From the IMG/VR virus record IMGVR_UViG_3300017716_001704, positions 1 through 46,929 of that record: a stretch of DNA of 46,929 bases. One strand, 5' to 3'. Position numbers and translations under genes: made by a program. Below are positions 19,121 through 27,496 of the stretch, piece by piece. The notes beneath the pieces were generated by a model. That model did not search any database, was not told the origin of the DNA, and saw only the letters and a list, made by a program, of their open reading frames with translations. This DNA comes from a virus (lineage: Duplodnaviria > Caudoviricetes). Each line of letters opens with the position of its first letter. Position 1 is the first letter of the stretch.

Positions 19121-19477
19121 CTAATCTTCCTCTAGCATGTCTTGCCGAGTTACGTCAACAACCTCGCCGTCGATAATGTCGATGTAGTCCTCGATACCGC
19201 GCTTGTCGTTGATTTCCACCTGCCGCTCCAGCGTTTTGGCAAAGTGTTTGTTGTAGAACTCGGTCTTGTTCTCGTGCGCCCAAACTGCATAAGCAAGCTC
19301 GCCGCCAAGGGCCTCGAACACGAAATTCACCGACCGGCGCGTGCGCTCGCGGCTGGGCACAAGGTTCGCCTCGGGAATGACGGGCATGGCAAAGTCAAGG
19401 AACTTGCGCTCAAGCTCCGCCGCCGCCGCATTCGAGCGGATAATGGCGATTTCCTCCGGGGTGTAGACATGGGACAT
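19121..19477 (-). CDS. terS: Probable terminase small subunit
   Basis: 118 aa, 'FE.LGG......WA..N..EFY' pattern; upstream of terL. Confidence 0.6.
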   Translation of the reverse strand: MSHVYTPEEIAIIRSNAAAAELERKFLDFAMPVIPEANLVPSRERTRRSVNFVFEALGGELAYAVWAHENKTEFYNKHFAKTLERQVEINDKRGIEDYIDIIDGEVVDVTRQDMLEED

Positions 19478-19483
19478 GCCGGA

Positions 19484-19512
19484 AACGTATTATCACCTGC
19501 GTCGTACGTCAA
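19484..19512 (-). promoter_or_regulatory. Putative sigma70-type promoter for terS (leaderless)
   Basis: TTGACG-N17-TACGTT ending 6 nt before the ATG at 19477; no SD sequence. Confidence 0.5.
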
Positions 19513-19943
19513 GCCAGTTTCACGAACTGGACGCCATAGCCCGAGCAATGGTCGTGTTTGATGGACGATGCCACGGCCTGCCGCGCGGAAGCCCCGAAAG
19601 CCATAGCGCCGAGCGCATAGTCCGCGCCAGAGCCCATGGCGTAGTACGGGGCCTCGAACATGGCCTTGCCGTACCTGTCGTGGTTTTCCACAGTGCCGTC
19701 CGGTCGTACGACCATAATTTGCGAAGCGCTGTCCTCGTCGGTGCCGAGTGTGGGGGCCGTGCCGCGCTCACCGGCCAGAAACCACTCCACCCAGCGCTGA
19801 CACACGGAAACTGTGCCGCAGAAGCCGATCAAGGAACCGTCCGACTTGCGGCGCGTTACCTTGCGGGTAGTTCCGATGTGACCGCCGCCGGAAATGGCGC
19901 GATCAGCGGCCATTACGCCGTCTTTGTACGCAACAGTGGTCAT
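19509..19943 (-). CDS. HslV/proteasome beta-subunit-like Ntn peptidase
   Basis: MTT N-terminus, 'AAD', and 'A.GSG..YALGAM..GASA..AV......D..SG' motif. Confidence 0.8.
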   Translation of the reverse strand: MTTVAYKDGVMAADRAISGGGHIGTTRKVTRRKSDGSLIGFCGTVSVCQRWVEWFLAGERGTAPTLGTDEDSASQIMVVRPDGTVENHDRYGKAMFEAPYYAMGSGADYALGAMAFGASARQAVASSIKHDHCSGYGVQFVKLA

Positions 19944-19972
19944 GTGGCCCCTCCCGACCGCCTAACTGGCCG

Positions 19973-20203
19973 TTATCTGCGTGTGATCTTGGGTACGACG
20001 TTTTCTGCTGCTTTTTGGGCCATGTAGGCGTCGGAACGCTTTTTCGCTGCCGCGTTGGCAGCAATCATGGCCGGGTCTTTCGACGGACCCTGTACAGTCG
20101 TGGATTTGGGCACAGGCTTGCCCTGCACTTGCGTAGGCTTCGCATTCCGGCGGGCCGGTGCCTGCGTGGCCTCTACGATTTTCTTTGCGAGAGGGTTAAA
20201 CAC
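19973..20203 (-). CDS. Hypothetical basic protein
   Basis: 76 aa, GTG start, fills the operon gap. Confidence 0.55.
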   Translation of the reverse strand: MFNPLAKKIVEATQAPARRNAKPTQVQGKPVPKSTTVQGPSKDPAMIAANAAAKKRSDAYMAQKAAENVVPKITRR

Positions 20204-20205
20204 GG

Positions 20206-20511
20206 CTATTTCCCTGTGAACAGATACTTAACGCGGCTCCAGAAGGTCGCTGGATCGTTTTCGAAGACTGATAGCTTAGCATTAGCAGCGTTCAGTTGCG
20301 CTTGCAACTCCAAAGGCTCCGCCACGATGCCAAGACCAAGCTCGACGGCCACGGTCGAGTTCACCTGTTTTTCCGGGCCGACATACTGCGAGCCGTCGTC
20401 GTACGTCGTGATTTCCACGAAATTGACGTGGTAATCCGACACACGCATGGGGTCTGCGGGGTCGAAGATGAAGGCGTAGAAGCTGGTCGGCTGAAGGACT
20501 TTCGTGACCAT
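20206..20511 (-). CDS. Hypothetical protein
   Basis: 101 aa, TAATG-coupled. Confidence 0.7.
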   Translation of the reverse strand: MVTKVLQPTSFYAFIFDPADPMRVSDYHVNFVEITTYDDGSQYVGPEKQVNSTVAVELGLGIVAEPLELQAQLNAANAKLSVFENDPATFWSRVKYLFTGK

Positions 20512-21365
20512 TAGAATATCTCCGTAATGATGATGATGCCGTCGCCGCCACGGCCACCTACGCCCCCTGTCGTGCCGCCGCCCCCGCCTCCGCCGCCCGA
20601 GCCGAGCCCGCCGTTGCCGCCTGCGCCGCCGACGCCTGTGTTGCTGGAGCCGCCGCCCGAGCCACCACTGCCGGTGAGGGGTTTCCAGCCCGTGATGCCT
20701 GCAAAACCGTTGTTCGAGCCTGCTGCGCCGCCGGGAATGAGCGGATGGTAGCCTTGGGCCGTAATCAGCCCGCCTGCAAAGTCAGCCGCCGTTGTGCCTG
20801 CACCGCCAGCGCCGCCGCCGACGAGCCTGTTGGTCGTTGAGGCCGGGCCGATAGCGCCAGCGACGGCTCCGCCAGCCGCACCGGCATGCCCGGCGATGGC
20901 TAGGAAAGGCCCGAGTTGCGAGTAGTACGCGTCTGTGCCGATAGCGCCCGCCGCACCCGCAGCGCCCACTGCCGCGCCAGTACCAGTACCCCCAGCGCCG
21001 CCGCCTGCGGCGGAGTAGATGGCAGTTGCAGCCGCGAAAGCCGCCGGACGCAGGGACAGGAAGCTCGCGCCGCCTGCTGCGCTGGGAGCGCCGCCAAGGC
21101 CGACCGACAAATACAGCGTGTCAGGCAGCAGAAGCGTGGGCAGCGTAAGACGGCATAAGCCGCCCGAGCCACCGCCACCGCCACCTCCGCGGGCTGCCGC
21201 GGCAGCAGCCGAGAACCCTGCGCCACCGCCACCGCCACCGCCGATCATCAGGACTTCAATCGCCACCGCGTTTGGCGGGACGTTGTACGCTTGAAGGTCC
21301 GCACCTTTGGAGGTGAAAACCGTCGTGCGCCTGTCGCTTCGGATGTTGGGCTGCGGCGAGAACAT
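20511..21365 (-). CDS. Glycine-rich domain protein (fibre-associated)
   Basis: 'IGGGGGGG' ... 'GG.GGDG.III' polyglycine-type domain. Confidence 0.75.
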   Translation of the reverse strand: MFSPQPNIRSDRRTTVFTSKGADLQAYNVPPNAVAIEVLMIGGGGGGGAGFSAAAAAARGGGGGGGSGGLCRLTLPTLLLPDTLYLSVGLGGAPSAAGGASFLSLRPAAFAAATAIYSAAGGGAGGTGTGAAVGAAGAAGAIGTDAYYSQLGPFLAIAGHAGAAGGAVAGAIGPASTTNRLVGGGAGGAGTTAADFAGGLITAQGYHPLIPGGAAGSNNGFAGITGWKPLTGSGGSGGGSSNTGVGGAGGNGGLGSGGGGGGGGTTGGVGGRGGDGIIIITEIF

Positions 21366-21775
21366 TAGTAGTCGCCGCCGACCGTCGTGAAGACATAGCC
21401 GCCTGCGACAGCCGTGCCGAGGGCGACGTAGATGCGCCAGCCTGCCGGGAGCGCGATGTTCATCGGGAGTTCGAGGCCGATAATGGACGTCGTCTCGATG
21501 TTGGTCGTGGCCGGGAGGCCGACTTCCTCGTACAGCATGTTGTTCGTGGCCGTGGCCGGTGTCGCGCCGTTGTTGAGGAAGAACCGCGCCACAGTCGCGA
21601 CGTTGGTGCCGCGGGGCCTGATCTTGATCTTCTGCACGAACGCGCCATCAGCGCCTGCCGTGAAAATCAAGTCAGTCGTGCCGGTGCCGTCCTTGGCCGT
21701 GTTGGCGGCAGTGACGCCGTTGACGAACCCGATATTCGGGATGTCGGTGAAGATCGGGTTGACGTTGGCGACCAT
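21365..21775 (-). CDS. Probable virion structural protein
   Basis: 136 aa, beta-rich, ends 'GGDY'; lies between the fibre and glycine-rich genes. Confidence 0.6.
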   Translation of the reverse strand: MVANVNPIFTDIPNIGFVNGVTAANTAKDGTGTTDLIFTAGADGAFVQKIKIRPRGTNVATVARFFLNNGATPATATNNMLYEEVGLPATTNIETTSIIGLELPMNIALPAGWRIYVALGTAVAGGYVFTTVGGDY

Positions 21776-21787
21776 AGAGAATTTCCC

Positions 21788-23248
21788 TTACATGTAGTTC
21801 GAATTGCGAAGGCCGATGTAGACGCCGATGCTCATGCCCGAGCCACCGCCGCCGCCCGGAATGGTCACGTCCACCTGCCCGCCGCCTGCGTTGGTAGCCG
21901 TAACACCAGCGCCGACAAAATTCAAGATCGTCGCGCCTGCCAGCACCGCAACACCCTCGTCATGCACGTCGGCTCCCGGCAGCAGCGTGCCAGCGCCAAT
22001 CAGGTTCCATGTCGTGCCGTCGAACTCGAACTCGCAGTACTGGTTCGCAGCCGTCAGGTTCAGCGTCGTGCCGCCAGCGATAGCCCAGTTGAACGCCCCG
22101 CCGCCGAGGCGCACGAAGCGCGCGCGGTCGCCGTTACGGCAGCCGGTCGTGGATAGGGTCGCAGTGCGGAGGGCTGTGAGGGTTGCGTTGCCGCGGATCG
22201 TCGGCGCGTCGGTCAAGCGCGTCCATGTGAACGTGTGCCCGGCGTCGGTCGCGATAGTCGCGGTGCCGGAGTTGTCCTCGCGCACCCAGCCCGCACCGTC
22301 CGACGACAGCAGGCCCGCGCCGCCGCCAAGGTCCGAGCAATGGATGATACCCGTGGCCGTGACCGTCGGAAGGGTGCCGACAGTGTACGACCGGGGCCGG
22401 AAAATACGGTTGGCGTCAATGACCGGGTTTGCGCCGTACATGCTGATGCCGACGTCGTATTCCCAGCGCATAAACTCGGACAGTGTCACCGCAGCGGGCG
22501 CGCACAGGCTGATCGTAAACCTGCTTTCCATGTCCGTTGCGGAGGGCGTTGCTGCGACGACGGCGGCAGTTATTTGCGCAGAGGTCACGAACCCTGTGCC
22601 GTCGTGCGCCGCAAACACATTTGATCCGATTTGGTCGTTCTGGATAACGACAAGTGGTGCGGCGAGTGTGCCTCGCGCCTTGCGCTGCGTCCAGTTTGGA
22701 CCGCCCGACCCGGTCACATACCGCGTGTAGTTCAGCGTGCCGACGGTGTTGTCAGCGATAAAGTTCCCCATCGCTCCGCCGGTGACGGTCACGTTCAGTC
22801 CGTTGCCGCCTGACTGGAAAATGGCGAGGGCGGGGCCGCTGCCGATCCCTGTAATCTGCTGGTTTGCCGTGAACAGGTTTGCGAGGGCCAGCCCGGCCTT
22901 CTCCGTGTCAAGCTCGTTGATCGCCGCCTGCACCTCGACAGCCGCGATGTTCCCAGCCGGTACGTTGGTGATGAAGTTCGCGGAGTAGTCGCCGCTGACA
23001 GCGCTGATGGCTCCCGTACGACCGAACACGCTCGATACGCCCGTGACGAGCGCGGCGATGTCGCCGTCAAGCTCGTTGATCGCGGCTTGCACGTTGGTCG
23101 AGGAAATCGTGCCCGCGGGCGTGTTGGTGATTTTCACCGCGTTGTAGTCGCCAGCCACCGCCACGACTGCGCCGACGCGACCGAAGACGGAGCTTACCGC
23201 CCCGCCGCCACCACCACCACCGCCACCTGAGAACGTAAACCCACCCAT
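21788..23248 (-). CDS. Fibre-like structural protein
   Basis: Two tandem ~53-aa repeats 'VSSVFGR.GA..A..GDY...VQAAINELD' and Gly linkers. Confidence 0.65.
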   Translation of the reverse strand: MGGFTFSGGGGGGGGGAVSSVFGRVGAVVAVAGDYNAVKITNTPAGTISSTNVQAAINELDGDIAALVTGVSSVFGRTGAISAVSGDYSANFITNVPAGNIAAVEVQAAINELDTEKAGLALANLFTANQQITGIGSGPALAIFQSGGNGLNVTVTGGAMGNFIADNTVGTLNYTRYVTGSGGPNWTQRKARGTLAAPLVVIQNDQIGSNVFAAHDGTGFVTSAQITAAVVAATPSATDMESRFTISLCAPAAVTLSEFMRWEYDVGISMYGANPVIDANRIFRPRSYTVGTLPTVTATGIIHCSDLGGGAGLLSSDGAGWVREDNSGTATIATDAGHTFTWTRLTDAPTIRGNATLTALRTATLSTTGCRNGDRARFVRLGGGAFNWAIAGGTTLNLTAANQYCEFEFDGTTWNLIGAGTLLPGADVHDEGVAVLAGATILNFVGAGVTATNAGGGQVDVTIPGGGGGSGMSIGVYIGLRNSNYM

Positions 23249-23257
23249 GCTGTGACC

Positions 23258-23602
23258 TTACGGCAGTTTGGCGTAGATCACGCCGTCAAGGCCGCTCATC
23301 TGCCAGCCGTACGCGATAACCCCGCCGCTAGGCGGGCGGAGGCGGATAGGCGGGATGGAGGCCGGGGCCTGCCCGTCCGGGCACGCGACGATGTCCACCG
23401 CGAAATCACTGGAGACGTCCACCTTGCGGTGAAGTTCGTCCCGACTGCCGGTGTTGATTAGCGGGTAGGTCGCAGGGTCGTAGACGACGGCGTACGAGGT
23501 GGTCAGGTCGCCCGACGCCACTTCGATGCTGGCCTCCAGCATGCCGACGTTATCGGTGTCGCTGACCGCGCCGCGCTGTCCGACTAGAATTACGCAGGTC
23601 AT
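23258..23602 (-). CDS. Hypothetical protein
   Basis: 114 aa, first ORF of the leftward arm. Confidence 0.55.
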   Translation of the reverse strand: MTCVILVGQRGAVSDTDNVGMLEASIEVASGDLTTSYAVVYDPATYPLINTGSRDELHRKVDVSSDFAVDIVACPDGQAPASIPPIRLRPPSGGVIAYGWQMSGLDGVIYAKLP

Positions 23603-24315
23603 GGGGCTGGCCTATGGAAATGATGATTTCGGTTTGTGCCACGAGGCGGCGTGGGGGTCAAGGCTTTCGTGCAAGTCAAGCCCCTGTAGCGGATAAAATC
23701 GACTTAGCCGCTGCGAGGGCTAAGTGTCAGAAGTTTGTATGCGTATTTCTGACATGATAATGCTTTGCCGCCCCGTGTATGTTAGCACCCAGCTCCAAAA
23801 ATTGATATATTCCGTGCCGCCCCGTTACACAGAACAAACCACTCAGCACCGAAGCACCCCCCCCTATGTCCCAGAGCGGCACAGCCGCCGTGGCACGGAG
23901 CTTGCATAGTGACCCACATTGGCACAGCGACCATGCCGCTACGTCACTCCGTGTCCCACTATGACACAGTGATAATGCAATATGCAATATGCATGCCATG
24001 TAACATAGCCGCGCAGTGGCATGGTTCTTGCTAATGCACAATGTGGCCCAGTGTATTACATTGGCACGTACCATTTCGCTACGCCGCTAAGGTACGAGTG
24101 TACCACAGTGGGGCGATCCATTTCGGCACAGCCGGGGTCGAGTGGGCGCGTGTCCTGTAGTGAGACAACCTGATAAGGTGTCCCATAAGTAAATGAAATA
24201 GGGACATATTATCACGTTATCATAACCTAGGTTCGGAGCGGCCTAGCCACCCGGAACACATCGTTCCCCTTTCCATCGTACGACACGAAGCGGCCAAGTG
24301 TCCCAATTACACACA

Positions 24316-24385
24316 GAACATTTCGAGCACAAAACTCGAACAAATACAGAACATAAGCAGCACAAAAGCGGAACAAACCGTGAAC
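24316..24385 (+). repeat. Array of seven G(A/C)AC half-sites in 11-bp phase (alphaproteobacterial LexA box type)
   Basis: GAAC 24316, GCAC 24327, GAAC 24338, GAAC 24349, GCAC 24360, GAAC 24371, GAAC 24382. Confidence 0.8.
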
Positions 24386-24616
24386 CCTCCCAGATCGCGT
24401 TACACGAGGGCTCTGGTACCCATATGGCCTAGACCGCTAATGCTTATGGGTGAGCTTCCTAGGCCCATTAGCAGCATGTCACCTTTTTCGGCTTAGGCGG
24501 CACTTAGATGCATTACGTTATTGACTGGTTAGCTTATCTGTGTCACGCGCGCGCCGCGTTCTTTTCTCCCTTCACCTGATAATGGACCCGGCAAAGTATT
24601 TTCAAAAAAGATGTAT

Positions 24617-24631
24617 GTTCCGCGTTTGTTC
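24617..24631 (+). promoter_or_regulatory. LexA-type box GTTC-N7-GTTC
   Basis: GTTCcgcgtttGTTC matches the alphaproteobacterial SOS box consensus. Confidence 0.7.
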
Positions 24632-24634
24632 CCG

Positions 24635-24662
24635 TTTACATGCTAAGACAGTGCTGTATGGT
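24635..24662 (+). promoter_or_regulatory. Putative early promoter
   Basis: TTTACA-N16-TATGGT with an A/T tract upstream, about 55 nt before the first early gene. Confidence 0.45.
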
Positions 24663-24715
24663 CATCTTATCGAAGGACGGCAGGGATTGGCCCTGCAAAG
24701 CCGGTGGAGACTAAA

Positions 24716-25489
24716 ATGCTGCAACCTGACCTGCCTGTGTACCCCGTTCCGGCCCTCTGCCCGCCGGTTCCGGCCCTGATCGCCCGCAAGGCTGATCGCC
24801 CGACCGAAGAACAGTACGGCGATTTTCAGGCTGCCTATGACTACTTCAACAAGGCCCTTTTCGGTGGCAAGCTGCCGCAGTGCCTTATCACGCTGGTTCG
24901 CTCGCGCCGGTTCCGTGGCTACTTCCTGACGGAGGGCTTTATCTCCGCCGATGGCGAGGGCCGGAAAACCGATGAAATCGCGATGAACCCGGAAAGCTTT
25001 GAGGGCCGGACCGATAAGGCCATCCTGTCAACGCTGGTTCACGAGATGTGCCACCTGCAACAGTTCCACTTTGGCAAGCCGTCACCGGGCGGCTACCACA
25101 ACAAGCAGTGGGGCGACTACATGAAAGCCGTCGGCCTGTACCCGTCCAACACTGGCCTGCTTATGGGCAAGGAAACGGGCGTTCAGATGACGCACTATGT
25201 GCTTGAGGGTGAGGCGTTCTGCAAGGCGGCTGACGCACTGATTGCCCAAGGGTGGGCGATCCGTTGGCGCACACCGCAGGACATGGCGCTGAGCGCTGCT
25301 GGCGGCTTGTCCGGGTTCGTGCCCCCGAGCATGCCCCTGCTGATGGGCAAGCGCGCAACGGCTAAGCGTCAGTCCAAGACGCGTTACACATGCCCGGTTA
25401 GCGGCGTAGCGGCTTGGGGCAAGCCCGGCCTGACGCTCTACACGGCGGCAGGTGCAGCGCTGATGCTGGCAATGATTGAGGAGGGCTGA
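24716..25489 (+). CDS. SprT-like zinc metalloprotease domain protein
   Basis: 'YDYFN..LF.G.LP.C.ITL', 'STLVHEMCHL' (HExxH), 'YHNK.W...M..VGL.P'; GGAGA RBS. Confidence 0.85.
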   Translation: MLQPDLPVYPVPALCPPVPALIARKADRPTEEQYGDFQAAYDYFNKALFGGKLPQCLITLVRSRRFRGYFLTEGFISADGEGRKTDEIAMNPESFEGRTDKAILSTLVHEMCHLQQFHFGKPSPGGYHNKQWGDYMKAVGLYPSNTGLLMGKETGVQMTHYVLEGEAFCKAADALIAQGWAIRWRTPQDMALSAAGGLSGFVPPSMPLLMGKRATAKRQSKTRYTCPVSGVAAWGKPGLTLYTAAGAALMLAMIEEG

Positions 25490-25496
25490 CCGGCAG

Positions 25497-25520
25497 GGGG
25501 AGCTAGCCACCTAGCTCCCC
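25497..25520 (+). terminator. Hairpin after SprT gene
   Basis: GGGGAGCTAG-CCAC-CTAGCTCCCC with a weak U-tract. Confidence 0.5.
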
Positions 25521-25563
25521 TCCCGTGTCTTTCCATCGTACGACATACAACGGAGTGGCTATC

Positions 25564-25767
25564 ATGTTCGGATTTCTGACTATCTACGTGCCCGACATAG
25601 GCAAGCGCGCGGGGCAGGTGCTGCACGCGGTCTATAGCGAGCCGGACGCAGCGGCGGACAAGGCAAGCCTGTACAGCAAGGCGGCGGCTTATTACACGGG
25701 GCAGGTATGGACTAGCGAGGGCGTAGCGTACGCCGTGGCCCACTTCAAACAAACCCACAAACTGTAG
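25564..25767 (+). CDS. Early hypothetical protein
   Basis: GGAG RBS, ATG 25564. Confidence 0.6.
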   Translation: MFGFLTIYVPDIGKRAGQVLHAVYSEPDAAADKASLYSKAAAYYTGQVWTSEGVAYAVAHFKQTHKL

Positions 25768-25778
25768 GGGATTGACCT

Positions 25779-25922
25779 ATGACCTTTGAACCCACACGAC
25801 CGCTTGTGTCGTACGACCCCAGAGCACAGGCCAAGCGCGAAGCGCTCGCCATGCGCGCACTGGTCAAGCCTGCCCCGCGCGGCCTAGCTGCCCTGTGGGC
25901 CTACGTGAGAGGAGCGACCTAG
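25779..25922 (+). CDS. Early hypothetical protein (47 aa, absent from the ORF track)
   Basis: MTFEPTRPLVSYDPRAQAKREALAMRALVKPAPRGLAALWAYVRGAT read by hand; AGGGGA RBS; fills the gap exactly. Confidence 0.6.
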   Translation: MTFEPTRPLVSYDPRAQAKREALAMRALVKPAPRGLAALWAYVRGAT

Positions 25923-25924
25923 CC

Positions 25925-26140
25925 ATGGCGATCATATCACCCTTCCGCGCTGGCGACCGTGTACTGGTCCCGAGCTTCGATCCCGGCGAGCGCTGGTTTA
26001 TGGCGACAGTCATAACCCCACACCTGAACGGGCAAGTGACCATCGAGCGCGAGGACAACAAGCGGCGCGGCATGGTAGCCAACAAGGACTGCACCCTTTC
26101 ACCTTCTACGCCGTACGGCACAACACTGAGGAGCGCCTAG
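25925..26140 (+). CDS. Early hypothetical protein (SH3/Tudor-like)
   Basis: AGGAG RBS; 'F..GDRVLV......W..ATV' pattern. Confidence 0.6.
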   Translation: MAIISPFRAGDRVLVPSFDPGERWFMATVITPHLNGQVTIEREDNKRRGMVANKDCTLSPSTPYGTTLRSA

Positions 26141-26142
26141 CC

Positions 26143-26532
26143 ATGGCATATCAACACCGCCGCAAGCGCAAGGAAGACCCGAGCACGCTACGCGCGATCA
26201 TGCGCCGGGTAATGCGCCGCAACCCGATACAGCGTGAGGACATGCTGGCCGAGCGGCAGGCCCTACAGCACTCTATCGACCGTCGCGCACAGGGCGGCAT
26301 GGTTCGCCTTGTCGTACGACAGATGGATTGCGACTGTGCGGAGTGGACAAGCTCCAGTCTGCAACCCGCGCGGGCACTGGCCGTCGAGCGCGCAATAAAC
26401 GCGGTCTATGACAATGCAGAGGGCCGCGTTAATTGGTGGTTAGCATCCCCGAGCGAGGCTGTGGAACGTAACGAGCGCGATCATGCGCTTGAAGCTTTCG
26501 AGGAGGGCCATAGCCATGTCATCTACGCGTGA
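26143..26532 (+). CDS. Early hypothetical protein
   Basis: GAGGAG RBS, 129 aa. Confidence 0.7.
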   Translation: MAYQHRRKRKEDPSTLRAIMRRVMRRNPIQREDMLAERQALQHSIDRRAQGGMVRLVVRQMDCDCAEWTSSSLQPARALAVERAINAVYDNAEGRVNWWLASPSEAVERNERDHALEAFEEGHSHVIYA

Positions 26533-26758
26533 AAAGACCATAGCCAAGGCGAACGGCCTGCGAGTTTTCGAATGCACGGATATGGGGCCAGACGACGGCA
26601 ATCGCTTTTTCGTTGAGACGTACGACAAGCGCTATAGCTCCTCCCTGATGTGCGCCTATTGTGAGGGCGAACTGGACGGCGGCAGACACGGCATGAAACA
26701 ACTGAGCGCTGTGCAGGTGGCATGGCTACAGCAGGTAGATGAGGAGCTTGACCAGTGA
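26516..26758 (+). CDS. Early hypothetical protein
   Basis: GGAGG RBS, ATG 26516. Confidence 0.65.
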   Translation: MSSTREKTIAKANGLRVFECTDMGPDDGNRFFVETYDKRYSSSLMCAYCEGELDGGRHGMKQLSAVQVAWLQQVDEELDQ

Positions 26759-27042
26759 CACGCGAACCCTACACGCGCCTGCACTTCAACCGCGACCTAG
26801 CCGATGGCAGGTACGCTTGGCCGGGCGGCTACCCTAAGTATTTCCTCACGTCAGACGGCGAGACTATGTCGTACGACGCGGCGGAGGAGCATGCCGACAT
26901 CATAGCGCAAGCCATAGACGAGCGCGACAGTGGAGGATGGCGCGTCGTGTCCTGCGATATCAACTGGGAGGATGGCGACATGCGCTGCTGTCACACGGGC
27001 CAGCGTATCGAGAGCGCGTATGCAGAGGATGACGCAGCATGA
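26755..27042 (+). CDS. Early hypothetical protein
   Basis: GTGA overlap; 'YAWPGGYP.Y....DG' motif. Confidence 0.7.
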   Translation: MTREPYTRLHFNRDLADGRYAWPGGYPKYFLTSDGETMSYDAAEEHADIIAQAIDERDSGGWRVVSCDINWEDGDMRCCHTGQRIESAYAEDDAA

Positions 27043-27233
27043 TACCGAAGTTCAACCCTAGCTCCCCTGTGGGGCTTGAAGTGAAGGCCATCTTTGCCCC
27101 GGTAGAGCGCAAGCTGAAGCATGCACTGCGAGAGGCAGAGTACGACAGGGCCGACCTTGTGCGCCGTACGACAGACGACTGGCGCGATTACGTGGCACAG
27201 CTTGACCGCGCTGCGGCGCATTTGGAGGACTGA
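27039..27233 (+). CDS. Early hypothetical protein
   Basis: ATGA overlap, 64 aa. Confidence 0.65.
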   Translation: MIPKFNPSSPVGLEVKAIFAPVERKLKHALREAEYDRADLVRRTTDDWRDYVAQLDRAAAHLED

Positions 27234-27236
27234 CCC

Positions 27237-27494
27237 ATGACCAGCTTCAATGGACCCGACGCGGTCAACGTCTACGCCATGACAGTGCTGGCGAGCGGCT
27301 TGCGCATGTACGCGACAACGAAGATGATACCGAACCGCGCCTATACGCCCAAGGCCATGATGGCGGCGGCGGAGAGGCACCTAGGGCGCAAGTTCAAGGC
27401 CCGTGACTATGAGGGCGCAGCAGCAGCGCTACGCGAAGCGGCGCAGACACTGGCGGCTAACCTGCCCGAGGGCAGCAGCATAACGAGGGACTGA
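27237..27494 (+). CDS. Early hypothetical protein
   Basis: GGAGGA RBS, 85 aa. Confidence 0.7.
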   Translation: MTSFNGPDAVNVYAMTVLASGLRMYATTKMIPNRAYTPKAMMAAAERHLGRKFKARDYEGAAAALREAAQTLAANLPEGSSITRD

Positions 27495-27496
27495 CC

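Larger units (their letters stand above)
23603..24715. promoter_or_regulatory. Divergent non-coding control region (candidate origin, packaging site or genome end)
   Basis: 1.1 kb, AT-richer, no credible ORF, many short repeats; transcription diverges here. Confidence 0.75.

Noticed and set aside
23727-24074. 115-aa ORF in the control region
   Set aside because: Cys/His-rich translation of the repeat field, with no RBS and atypical codon use.
23965-24110. CACAGTG as a RAG/Transib-type heptamer
   Set aside because: No nonamer or transposase; it is one variant of the local CA-N3-TG repeats.
24254-24266. GAAC-N5-GTTC as a Gram-positive LexA box
   Set aside because: The spacer is 5 rather than 4, and spanins indicate a Gram-negative host.
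24316-24385. Mini CRISPR array
   Set aside because: A 4-bp repeat with 7-bp spacers is far too short; the Cas4-like gene is an ordinary phage exonuclease.
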